A DNA stretch of 28,647 nucleotides from a virus (taxonomy: Duplodnaviria; Caudoviricetes), in IMG/VR virus record IMGVR_UViG_3300036833_000104, positions 1 through 28,647 of that record. One strand, 5' to 3'. Positions 15,874 to 24,446 of the stretch are shown here, one piece after another (position 1 is the first letter of the stretch; each line of letters starts with the position of its first letter). The position numbers and the translations under genes are program-made. The notes under the pieces are model-generated. The model was not told where the DNA came from. It saw only the letters and a program-made list of their open reading frames with translations, and did not search any database.

Positions 15874-16346
15874 CGACTCGCATCATTCGCGGACCCAAAG
15901 AGGACCAGCTGCATGTGGCAGTAGCGCAGCTGCTCGACTGGATTCTGCTACCGCCTGCTTTCTACACGACGTTCCCGGCTGGCTGGGGAGTGCTTAGCCC
16001 GATGATGGCTCAGCGACTCAAGAAAAGCGGCTTGAAGCCAGGGATGCCCGACATGCTGCTGTTCTACGAAGAACGGTGCTATGGCATCGAATTGAAGACA
16101 GGCAAGAACGCCGTCTCGCCCGATCAGAAAGAGACCATCCGCAGATTGGGATATGCTGGCGTCCCAGTCTGGGTCTGTCGAAGCGTCGAGGAGGTTATTG
16201 ACGTGCTCCGCGTCATCAAACTCCCGATGCGACCGCTAGCAGGAGTTGGTCAATGGCAACCAAACATCAACGAGCTGCCGCTCGGCGTAACCTCCGCAAA
16301 GCGCGCCGACATCGGCGCAAAGGGAGGCGCTAATGGCACAGCATGA
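15870..16346 (+). CDS. VRR-NUC (PD-(D/E)XK) nuclease
   Basis: E..L...V, GLKPGMPDMLL, IELKT, SPDQKE, G.PV.VCRSVEEV. Confidence 0.85.
   Translation: MTTRIIRGPKEDQLHVAVAQLLDWILLPPAFYTTFPAGWGVLSPMMAQRLKKSGLKPGMPDMLLFYEERCYGIELKTGKNAVSPDQKETIRRLGYAGVPVWVCRSVEEVIDVLRVIKLPMRPLAGVGQWQPNINELPLGVTSAKRADIGAKGGANGTA
16253..16333 (+). CDS. Arg/Lys-rich peptide 6 (26 aa), nested out of frame in the 3' end of VRR-NUC
   Basis: MATKHQRAAARRNLRKARRHRRKGRR. SD AGGAG at 16241 and TAATG coupling to 16333. Confidence 0.7.
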   Translation: MATKHQRAAARRNLRKARRHRRKGRR

Positions 16347-16629
16347 AGGGAAGCAAGGCGAATGGCCGAGGGTGAGAGGGAATCCAACGGGCTACTTTCA
16401 GCACCCGGACGGGATTCTGAAATCCACTCGCTCACTCGCAGGGCCTTTGCGTTTGGGAACAGAGGACCGCGTAGGGCCAAAAGGGTTTCTAAAGGACGGC
16501 AACGCATCCGACTACGGCATGGATCGCGTCACGCCGCGCGGGTTTGACCCGATCGGTTCGCACAACGACCGAGCGCCGAATCAGGAAGCCTCGTCGCTGC
16601 TGTCGCGTGAAAGCCGTCGATCCGAATAA
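16333..16629 (+). CDS. Hypothetical protein
   Basis: SD GGGAGG, 98 aa. Confidence 0.7.
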   Translation: MAQHEGKQGEWPRVRGNPTGYFQHPDGILKSTRSLAGPLRLGTEDRVGPKGFLKDGNASDYGMDRVTPRGFDPIGSHNDRAPNQEASSLLSRESRRSE

Positions 16630-16632
16630 CGG

Positions 16633-17037
16633 ATGTCCACTGCGTCGTTGCTGGCGATGCCCGCCGATCCTGCTCAGCGAACCATGTTCTGGTTCGAGGA
16701 AGCAATGACGCACAGGCGTCAGCTCGGGGCTATGTCTCCGCTCAACCGCTTTTCGGTGTTACCGTATTTCATCGACCCCTTCCGTCCGAATACGATGTGG
16801 CTGCTCACGCACCAGCAGGCGCAGAACGATGCAAACACGACAATGCCGACTTGGAACGAGGCACCCCCGCCTGCCTACCCTGGCACATTGGTGACCAGTG
16901 TTCCTGAGACACAGAATTTGATAGATATCAATTTGAATGACCGAAGGCAGCGTGCATGGTGGACCTTCGCGAACCATCGAGAGCAGCTGATAGCGATGGA
17001 TACGTTGCCGCCAGTGCTGACCTTCCCGTTCTGGTGA
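16633..17037 (+). CDS. Hypothetical virion-module protein
   Basis: 134 aa, Trp/His-rich, GTGA coupling to the next gene. Confidence 0.75.
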   Translation: MSTASLLAMPADPAQRTMFWFEEAMTHRRQLGAMSPLNRFSVLPYFIDPFRPNTMWLLTHQQAQNDANTTMPTWNEAPPPAYPGTLVTSVPETQNLIDINLNDRRQRAWWTFANHREQLIAMDTLPPVLTFPFW

Positions 17038-17447
17038 GGTTGCTGGTCGAGGACGATCTCCCCTGGCTGCACTATCTTTTCGGCAAGCGGTATCCGTCGC
17101 ACTATGATCAGGCGACTACTGAGCGGTGGTTCCGCATCGTCGTGGTTAAAGACGCGCTGAACACCTACGCGGCGCGCACTGACGATGCGTTCCTGGTGGC
17201 GCTCACAGCTGTGCTGCCGTGGATTCCTGGCGAGCCAGAGGTCAACGTCGTAGGTATCTGCGCCGAGGAAAATTGCAGCTGGCAGGTTGTCAAACTGCTT
17301 CGGTCGTCCATCGACTGGGCACGGAAACGCAACGCCGCGCGCTGGCGCATCAACACTGACACGGCTTATGATGTTGGAGCGTTGGCGTTGCGTGTAGGAG
17401 CGCGCGAGATCAGCCCGCGGTTTGAGATTGATCTCAGAGGAGGCTGA
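17034..17447 (+). CDS. GNAT-fold-like protein (position of T7 gp13-like genes)
   Basis: VRLLVEDDLPWL N-terminus and LLRSSIDWARKRNA...LALRVGA, a GNAT-like pattern. Lies just before the ejection proteins. Confidence 0.55.
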   Translation: MRLLVEDDLPWLHYLFGKRYPSHYDQATTERWFRIVVVKDALNTYAARTDDAFLVALTAVLPWIPGEPEVNVVGICAEENCSWQVVKLLRSSIDWARKRNAARWRINTDTAYDVGALALRVGAREISPRFEIDLRGG

Positions 17448-17449
17448 CA

Positions 17450-17962
17450 GTGAGCGGCATCGTTCAAAGCATTGCCGGGATTACCGGCCTCACCAGCTCG
17501 AACATCCCAAACATCACGAATCCTTTCACTCCGATATCGCTTCCGACTGCCGCGAGTTCGTTCGGTGATCTCAGCTCAATCGGTCTCACGCCGGACGAAC
17601 AGGCGCTCGTTGAATTTCTAGGCGGGCAGCAGGACACGCGCACGCGCGACATCTATTCGCGGCTCGGCCTTGGCGGCTCGACTATGGAAGCGCAGGACCT
17701 CGGCTCGAACGAGCTGCAGCGACTGGCTGAATCGGCGAATCTAGAACAAGCAAATCGGAGTCAGGCCATCCAAGAACAACAAGTTTCTGGCGGTCAACAA
17801 CTGCAACAGCAGCAAACCGGAACGCAAGCCGGTTTGAGTACTCAACAGTTAGCGCTCAATGCGGCGAACGCGGCGAACCGCAACCAGCAGCAAGCTTTTA
17901 GCAACCTGGGATCAGGCTTGAACACTCTTGCCAACAACTTTTTGAATCCGGCAAGCGCATGA
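17450..17962 (+). CDS. Putative internal virion / DNA ejection protein
   Basis: SD GAGGAGG; rich in Gln/Ala/Gly/Ser; synteny. Confidence 0.65.
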   Translation: MSGIVQSIAGITGLTSSNIPNITNPFTPISLPTAASSFGDLSSIGLTPDEQALVEFLGGQQDTRTRDIYSRLGLGGSTMEAQDLGSNELQRLAESANLEQANRSQAIQEQQVSGGQQLQQQQTGTQAGLSTQQLALNAANAANRNQQQAFSNLGSGLNTLANNFLNPASA

Positions 17963-19674
17963 ACCCGCAGAGCAGTCTTGGTGGATTGATTCAAAGCAGC
18001 TCCGGGACTCCTGCCGGACCAGCGACTACTCCGACCGATTTTAGCGGCGGCGCGACAACCGACCTTTCCAGTCTGGTCGGAGACCTCTCGAATACGCCGC
18101 TCTTGGGTGGAAGCACGAGCGAGACAAGCGGCGGGTTCGATCCCGCCCTATTTCAACCGGGCGGGATATTCAGCCCGACTGGAACACCTGATCTTGCCAG
18201 CACTCCCGCCGTTGCAGAGGCGCAAAGAGACCCAAGCGGACAGGACCAAGCGGTGGACCGCACCGGCAAAGGTGATCGAGCTACCACGCAAGGCGACCAG
18301 CAAACGGTCGATCGCAGTGCCAGGGGCGATCTTGCCCAGCCGCCCGGTGCCTCGCAGGGTCCGACCGGATTCGGCGGCGATCAAGCGCAGCAGCCGGTTA
18401 ATCGCTTGGGCGGGTTCAGTGGCGATAAGCCTGGACTGCCGCAGCTCATAGCTCAGTTAGCGGGAGCGCAGCCGGGAGCAAGAGCAGGACAACCCAGTGC
18501 AGCAGCTGCAGTCGATCAGCCTGCCGCTGCGGCTCCGCAGCCAGCTGGAGCGGCACCTCCAGCTGGCGGCGGTCAACCAGCTCCTCGAGCTCCATCTGGT
18601 GGCGGCGCAGCTCCTGCTGCTGCACAGCCACAGGTGCCCAGGGGAGCGCAGCTACCGGCAGCAGGCGGCGGCGGTGTGCCTCCACTGTTGCAGGCGATTA
18701 TGAACATGCTCGGCCTGGGCGGATTGACGGCGGGCGGTGGGGGTGCCCCGTTGCAAAGGGTCGTGCAGCAGGCTTACCCGCAGCGCCAATTTGCCCCGAT
18801 AGCTCCGACCGCTGGACTCGGTCCCTATGCACGCGCTCGTGCCGCGCATCGGGGCGGCCAGCCTGGACAATACGCGCAGCCAACTCAGGACGAGTGGGAT
18901 CGCAACGTAAGCAGCGGCGGCGCGATGGGGCCGGCCCCAGGTTCGACCGACGAGGTCTCCGCGCCGACAGAGCAACAGGTACGGCAAGGCAGACTCGCTG
19001 GCACCGACACAGCGCCGACCGCTGGATTCAGTCCGGTGTTGGAACGCGACCGCGCCAAGTTTCGCGAACAACTCGCCGACCCGCGAACCAAATGGGAAAC
19101 GCTGGCGATCCTGTCGCTCGAGCACGGTCACGATCCGGCAGCGGTCGCCGAGTCGCTGCTCAATCGCAGCGATTACGCCAAGACCTCGATCCGCAACATG
19201 ATTCATTCCGGGTTCTATGGCCCGGTCAATTTCGGATTGCTTGGTCGCGAGATCAGAAGGCTGCAGGCGAACCCAGAGCTTGCAGCCAAGCTGAACGCCG
19301 GTCTCGAAACGGCAATGCGAGGGAGCAATCTGATCGGCGGCGCGACCGACCAAGGCAGCGGCAGAGACCCGAATGTCGGCTGGCGAGGCGGTCGCGTTGT
19401 CCGTTTTGGTGAAACCTACAACGACTGGGGCGGCGGACCCGGTGGTCATGCCGGTGCGGAACAGTATCGCAAACAGCAACAGCAGCGCGTGCGAGCTGCG
19501 CAGCAGCAAGTTGCAATGGACATCACTCGGCGCATCCCCGGAGGGGGTGCGGAAATCGAGGGCGGCGGAATGATCCGCAGGGGCGCTCCCGCTACCGAGT
19601 TCGAGAACATCATCGAGCAGCGCCGGAAGAACGAAGGCGAGCGTGTGCGCGCGAGGGCCGGGATCATATCGTGA
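17959..19674 (+). CDS. Internal virion protein with C-terminal SleB/Hydrolase_2-like cell-wall hydrolase domain
   Basis: Low-complexity N-terminus, then LAILSLEH...AAVAESLLNR...MIHSGFY...GSNLIGGATD. Confidence 0.6.
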   Translation: MNPQSSLGGLIQSSSGTPAGPATTPTDFSGGATTDLSSLVGDLSNTPLLGGSTSETSGGFDPALFQPGGIFSPTGTPDLASTPAVAEAQRDPSGQDQAVDRTGKGDRATTQGDQQTVDRSARGDLAQPPGASQGPTGFGGDQAQQPVNRLGGFSGDKPGLPQLIAQLAGAQPGARAGQPSAAAAVDQPAAAAPQPAGAAPPAGGGQPAPRAPSGGGAAPAAAQPQVPRGAQLPAAGGGGVPPLLQAIMNMLGLGGLTAGGGGAPLQRVVQQAYPQRQFAPIAPTAGLGPYARARAAHRGGQPGQYAQPTQDEWDRNVSSGGAMGPAPGSTDEVSAPTEQQVRQGRLAGTDTAPTAGFSPVLERDRAKFREQLADPRTKWETLAILSLEHGHDPAAVAESLLNRSDYAKTSIRNMIHSGFYGPVNFGLLGREIRRLQANPELAAKLNAGLETAMRGSNLIGGATDQGSGRDPNVGWRGGRVVRFGETYNDWGGGPGGHAGAEQYRKQQQQRVRAAQQQVAMDITRRIPGGGAEIEGGGMIRRGAPATEFENIIEQRRKNEGERVRARAGIIS

Positions 19675-19675
19675 C

Positions 19676-22558
19676 ATGAGTCTCACCGATCTCGCCTACA
19701 ACTATCAGCCTGACGACGCGCCGGTGCGTCAACCGACGCCTGTTTCGCCTGGACCGACGCCAGAGGAATCTGCGCGAGAGCAATGGCCGCCGTTTACCGA
19801 GACGGGAACGATGACAACGGTGGGGCCTCGCGAACCGCTTCCACCACGGCAGGACCCGTATATCCCGATTGGGCCGCCGAATTTCCCGCAAGGGCGAGGA
19901 ACCCCAAGCAGCCCAGGAGCGGGATTCGGGTCGTGGCTACAGAATTTGCTGACTGTGCGGTCGCCACTGTGGGGGCTAGTCGCCCAACTTGGCGGGCAAC
20001 CGCAGCAAGGCGCGCAAAGCGTTGACGAAAGCGGCATGGTGTTCCCGCCCGGTCAGCAGCCGCCAGGGACGACCGGCGCTGGCGGTCAGCAGGCATCGCC
20101 TTTCACCCCGCCTCCCGATCTGACGGGGCGATTCCCGCCGTTGCAACCAGAGGAACCAAAGCCAGAGGAGCCGCTGCCGAAACCACCAGAAGCAGACAAG
20201 GCTCCACCGCGTCACGAACCTTTCATCCCGTCTGATCGCAAGGCTCCATTGCATGAATTGGGCAGAGCCGATCTCGTTTTAGAGGGGATGAAGAAATATC
20301 CAGGCCTCCTGCCGGGTCCGTATGGGCCGCAGCCGCACGAGTGGCGCGGGATCATGCAAAATTCGACCTCATTCCTTGGCCGCTTTGGTTCCGGTGCGAT
20401 CGCGCCTTTGGCAGACGGGCTGGCTCGACTCAGTTCCGACTATTGGAGAGTGAGGCAAGCGGGCGAGACCCACAAGGCGGCGATGGATCAAGCCCATTAC
20501 AATCTTCGTGCGAAAGAGATCGCTCAGAAACAGGCGGCAGAGAACCGCGCCTATGCTGATGCGATAGCCGCTTACGGTCCACACAAGGATGCCAGCGGCA
20601 AGGATGTCCCCGGCGATGCCGAAGCGCTGGACCGGGAAATTCGGGAGATCGCACACACAGCTCAAGACGATTTTATCTTGGGGGTGCTGGATCGCGGAGG
20701 GTTGCCAGCAGTCATGCGGGTGATCCAAGCGCGGCACGCAACCGCCCAGGACATCACTAAGGTCCTGACCCAGCAGATCAAGCAGAGGCAGCTTGAGGGC
20801 ATTGAGCTGAGAAACGACAAACTCAGGCGGGAGGCAGCAGCCCAGAGATCGCAGCTTGAGGGTTACGGCGCAGCTGGCACAGCCCCGGCACCTACCACTG
20901 TAGAACCGGGAACGGCACTCCCTCCCCAACCGGAAGCCGAGCCGGGTGAGAAGCAGCGCGAGTGGCCAGCCGAGCCGTCACCGCCCGCGACGAAGGAAGC
21001 CCCGGAGACGAGCGAGGACACGCCCGAGGCAACCGGCGATCAGGCGGCTGCCGAAACCCCGACCGAAACGACCGAAACCCCGACCGAAACGACCGAAACG
21101 ACCAAAACCCCGTCGCCGAGCGAACAACTATTGGCGTCCGCAGAGGACGCGGCAGCGCCGTCAGCTGGGGCAAAGCCGACCCAACTGGCACAAGCAGACA
21201 CCGGCACCGCTACCGACGCACGAGCGCCTGCGGCGGCAGCTGCAGCGCCCGAGCCTGCCCAGTTGCCTGAGTGGTTGCAGCGTGCGCGCGAGGGCGCGAA
21301 ACCTGCTCCAAAGGAGGCGCCGGCCGCTACGACAGGGGCAGCGGCTGCAGCACCCACAGCTCGAGCTGAGCCTGAAAGGTTGCCAGAGTCGGAATTTGTA
21401 CCGCGACGATCTCCAGCGTTGGACAAGGCGCGGAATTTCATCAACCCGTACACTAATCAGCCGCTCCCGCTGGATCAGGAAGGCGTCAATGCCAGGGCGC
21501 GAGGTCTGGTCAACGGCACGATTAAGACAATCCAAGGACAGAAAGAGGTCCCGCAGGAAATCCGGAACATTGATCGGATGCGCGCGAACGAAATGGAAGC
21601 GGCGCTCGATGGCATCATCGCCAATCCGAAATTCAAAGGTGAGGATGTCTACAAAGCGATCTCCAAGGTAGCGAACAATCCCGAGCTGGCTGCTGATCTA
21701 CGCGCCTATGTGGACGGCGATGTCGCCGTTCCGTCCGGCTCGTGGAATAACTTGAACTTTCTTAAGCGAGTCATCGCTCTGGGGCACAAGGTAGACCCGG
21801 ATTTCAACACGGCGACCTTTGCCGTTCGCGCCAGGACGAAGCAGAGTTTTGCAAACGGCGCGGACGCTCGAAACTTTACCTCGCTCGCCACGCTCTACAT
21901 GCACGCAGACGAGGGAATCACACTCCTTCGACAGCTGGTCAAACAGAACCCCGGCATCCTGCGAGAATATCTGGGCGCATCGAAGCTGGGGATGAAGCTG
22001 GGACCGTACAGCACAACTCCGGAACAGCGAGCGCTGTTTGCGAGACTCGACGTGGTTCTGGGAACGGTCGCCACCGAATTTGTCCGCGCGACCAGTGGAG
22101 CGGCCCCAACGGTCAGCCATCGCACGGAAGTTCACAAGGGTCTGGACTACAAATGGAACGATGAAAGCACTGTCATCGACCAGTTGGAACAAAAGCGCGC
22201 GCTCGCACAAGACCGGATGAAGGCTCTGGCTCAACGCTACAACGCTGTGCTCGGAGTTGGGGCTAAAAAGGACCCGATGGCTAACCTGATCAACGGCTAT
22301 GTCGCCGGGACTGGTGTTGCCAGGACAGAAAGCGACACCAAGGGCGGCAGCACCTATGGCGGCTACGTCAAGGCAGGCAGCGATGATCTCGGTCCTTACG
22401 CCGCTCGCAACGATCCTCGAGTGCAAGCTGTCATTCAGCAACAGCTGCGTGCCAGCGCACCGCTAGCCCCGCGCGATCAGGAAGCTGTGGACTGGGCGAG
22501 GCAGAATCCGGGAGACCCGCGCGCTCGGCAAATACTTGAGCATAACAATGCCCTTTGA
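19676..22558 (+). CDS. Large internal virion / ejection protein
   Basis: About 960 aa from ATG 19676. Pro-rich and helical segments; synteny. Confidence 0.7.
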   Translation: MSLTDLAYNYQPDDAPVRQPTPVSPGPTPEESAREQWPPFTETGTMTTVGPREPLPPRQDPYIPIGPPNFPQGRGTPSSPGAGFGSWLQNLLTVRSPLWGLVAQLGGQPQQGAQSVDESGMVFPPGQQPPGTTGAGGQQASPFTPPPDLTGRFPPLQPEEPKPEEPLPKPPEADKAPPRHEPFIPSDRKAPLHELGRADLVLEGMKKYPGLLPGPYGPQPHEWRGIMQNSTSFLGRFGSGAIAPLADGLARLSSDYWRVRQAGETHKAAMDQAHYNLRAKEIAQKQAAENRAYADAIAAYGPHKDASGKDVPGDAEALDREIREIAHTAQDDFILGVLDRGGLPAVMRVIQARHATAQDITKVLTQQIKQRQLEGIELRNDKLRREAAAQRSQLEGYGAAGTAPAPTTVEPGTALPPQPEAEPGEKQREWPAEPSPPATKEAPETSEDTPEATGDQAAAETPTETTETPTETTETTKTPSPSEQLLASAEDAAAPSAGAKPTQLAQADTGTATDARAPAAAAAAPEPAQLPEWLQRAREGAKPAPKEAPAATTGAAAAAPTARAEPERLPESEFVPRRSPALDKARNFINPYTNQPLPLDQEGVNARARGLVNGTIKTIQGQKEVPQEIRNIDRMRANEMEAALDGIIANPKFKGEDVYKAISKVANNPELAADLRAYVDGDVAVPSGSWNNLNFLKRVIALGHKVDPDFNTATFAVRARTKQSFANGADARNFTSLATLYMHADEGITLLRQLVKQNPGILREYLGASKLGMKLGPYSTTPEQRALFARLDVVLGTVATEFVRATSGAAPTVSHRTEVHKGLDYKWNDESTVIDQLEQKRALAQDRMKALAQRYNAVLGVGAKKDPMANLINGYVAGTGVARTESDTKGGSTYGGYVKAGSDDLGPYAARNDPRVQAVIQQQLRASAPLAPRDQEAVDWARQNPGDPRARQILEHNNAL
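21051..21112 (+). repeat. Coding tandem repeat (ETPTETT)
   Basis: Repeated CCGAAAC(GA/CCCGA) units encoding ETPTETTETPTETTETTKTP. Confidence 0.8.
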
Positions 22559-23462
22559 TCCTGATGCGTACCTGAAAGAGAAGGCGGGACCGCCTGCAGC
22601 CGAGCCGCCGGCGAAAGCCGCTTCCGGCGAGTCCTCAACGTACTCTTTCGGTCGCGGTGTGGTGCAAGGCGCGCTCTACGATCCTATCGAGGGCATCGGT
22701 CAATTGATAGAACATGCCGCCAACATCAAACTCCCCGTTCCGCAGGCGGTGCGCAAATGGTTGCACGACGTCCGCGACGAAACCGAGAAATCGACAGCCG
22801 GGACAGCGGGCAGAGTGACCGGAGCTGTCGGCTCGCTGGCGCTCGCGCCCGAGGCTGCTGCAGCGGGGCGGGTCGCGAGCATCGGTTATCGAGCGGCGAG
22901 GATGAGCGGCCAGGACGTGATCAAACTTGGTACGCAGCTGGGGAGGCCAGAAGCCATTAGGCGCGCCAACGCCTACGCGGCAGCAGTCGGCAAGACTCGG
23001 CAGGCGCTGACCAAGGACGAGGTCGCGGAGGCTTTTCTCGGCCATGTCCCCGGTCAGCCCTGGCGCACGCTCTCAGCCCCATCACGAGTAGGGCTCGGAG
23101 CGGTCGCCGCGGCCGCCCAGCCCGTCGAGGGCGAAAGCGCCAGTCCCGAGAACTTTTTGGAGGCGAAGCGCAATCAGGCGCTCCTGGGTGGCGCGCTCGG
23201 CGGCTTGGCCGGGAGCGCTGTAGCTCGAGGCGCGGGCAAGATGGTTCGCCCGTCGATGCACTACGCACACCTCCCCTTTAGCGGCTACGGGGCCTACCAT
23301 CTGCTCGGGCCTTACGGTCTCGCGGCTACAGGCGGCACGCTGGCAACCCTAGCGGCCCTGGCCAGGGGTGGCGGCGCGAGGAGTGTGGCCGGTCTCGGCG
23401 GGATGGCCGGGGAGGCTGTTAGGGGCTTGACCGAGGAGACGCCAAATGCCGAAGCCGAATAA
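22548..23462 (+). CDS. Putative internal virion protein (Gly/Ala-rich)
   Basis: MPFDPDAYLKEK start; Gly/Ala-rich hydrophobic helices typical of ejection proteins. Confidence 0.65.
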   Translation: MPFDPDAYLKEKAGPPAAEPPAKAASGESSTYSFGRGVVQGALYDPIEGIGQLIEHAANIKLPVPQAVRKWLHDVRDETEKSTAGTAGRVTGAVGSLALAPEAAAAGRVASIGYRAARMSGQDVIKLGTQLGRPEAIRRANAYAAAVGKTRQALTKDEVAEAFLGHVPGQPWRTLSAPSRVGLGAVAAAAQPVEGESASPENFLEAKRNQALLGGALGGLAGSAVARGAGKMVRPSMHYAHLPFSGYGAYHLLGPYGLAATGGTLATLAALARGGGARSVAGLGGMAGEAVRGLTEETPNAEAE

Positions 23463-23763
23463 CGTGGTGCCGCTCAACACCCGTCAGAACCGCATCGACA
23501 AGCAGATCGACAAGGTGCTGGACGACCTTGAGGAGCTGCCGATTCCGCCCAAGGAGCGGGTCGCGGCGCTCTACACCATCATGCGAATCCAAGTAGCTCA
23601 CGCTGCATTGCGAAAGGCACAGGGCGATGGCGCAGGAAGTACCGTCAGACGATACGCCAAGGCGTTCCAGACCGATGCAGCTCGTGGGCGAAAGGGAGTT
23701 GCCCGATCCGTCGCCACGACCCTCGAGCTCGAATCAGACGACGACGACGATCTCAGCGCCTGA
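23446..23763 (+). CDS. Hypothetical protein
   Basis: SD GAGGAG; acidic C-terminus. Confidence 0.7.
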   Translation: MPKPNNVVPLNTRQNRIDKQIDKVLDDLEELPIPPKERVAALYTIMRIQVAHAALRKAQGDGAGSTVRRYAKAFQTDAARGRKGVARSVATTLELESDDDDDLSA

Positions 23764-23995
23764 GTTCCAGCGCGAGGTTATCCACAGAACAGCTTGGAAG
23801 GCGGGGGTCCTCGGGGCTCTGAATGTCGCAACTGCGATACTCGCAGCTCGGCTGGTCGTGCTGGTCGCGGTCGGCGGGGGGATCGCTCTGACTTGGACGG
23901 CGCTGATCGAGCCCGACCCCATGCGGCTAGGTGCGCTGGCGATCTATGCCGTGGGGGTCTGCCTGCCCGTCGTCTGGCTCGCCGGGAGGCGGTGA
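23627..23995 (+). CDS. Small membrane protein, holin candidate (start uncertain)
   Basis: Two to three hydrophobic segments (VLGALNVATAILAARLVVLVAVGGGIALTW; LGALAIYAVGVCLPVVWLA) and a basic C-terminus. Confidence 0.55.
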   Translation: MAQEVPSDDTPRRSRPMQLVGERELPDPSPRPSSSNQTTTTISAPEFQREVIHRTAWKAGVLGALNVATAILAARLVVLVAVGGGIALTWTALIEPDPMRLGALAIYAVGVCLPVVWLAGRR

Positions 23996-24189
23996 TGCCG
24001 ACCGATTTTCGGACCCCGCCGTCGATACTCTGCAAGGACTGCCGCCATCTGCATCTGCTTGACTGCGCAATCCCGGTGTTCGACCCGGTTTCGGGCAAGG
24101 AAGGCGTGGTTGGCGCATCTGACGCCCGCCTCAACCCGATTTTGTGCGGACCCGATGCCAAATGGTTTGAGCCGAAGGAACGGGGCTAG
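23995..24189 (+). CDS. Small Cys-containing phage protein
   Basis: LCKDCRH...C...DPVSG...R...CGPDAKWFE. SD GGGAGG and TGATG coupling. Confidence 0.75.
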   Translation: MPTDFRTPPSILCKDCRHLHLLDCAIPVFDPVSGKEGVVGASDARLNPILCGPDAKWFEPKERG

Positions 24190-24200
24190 GGCGCGTTTTT

Positions 24201-24239
24201 GGGGCTGGGGGGCTATGGCCTTAGCTCCGATTCGTTTTT
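24201..24239 (+). terminator. Possible terminator between the convergent modules
   Basis: GGGGCTGGGG/CCTTAGCTCC stem (several G-U pairs) followed by ATTCGTTTTT. Confidence 0.3.
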
Positions 24240-24446
24240 AGGCGCTCCCCAACGCCCGCTCGGGCGCGCGCGCGCATGTCCCGGTCGAGCATCGCCTGTC
24301 ATTTCATCCTCATTTGAAAGGTGGGGGCCGTGCCTACCCTGCCAACACGGGTCATCGGCCGTGCCCCCTTGCCGGCATCTGGTGGCTCCCACTATCGCCG
24401 CTGTGCTCGGGCGCGGGGTGGGCAGCGCCCGCAACTCAGACCGCAC

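Noticed and set aside
18652-19686. Long antisense ORFs (for example 344 aa here, 21698-22441 and 14149-14838)
   Set aside because: Shadow frames of GC-rich genes, with no motifs or SDs.
21051-21112. Replication iterons
   Set aside because: The repeat is in frame within a disordered linker of a virion protein, and no adjacent AT-rich region or rep gene is present.
24213-24446. 77-aa minus-strand ORF after the PxHPI gene
   Set aside because: No clear SD or recognisable motif; it may be intergenic sequence between the convergent operons.
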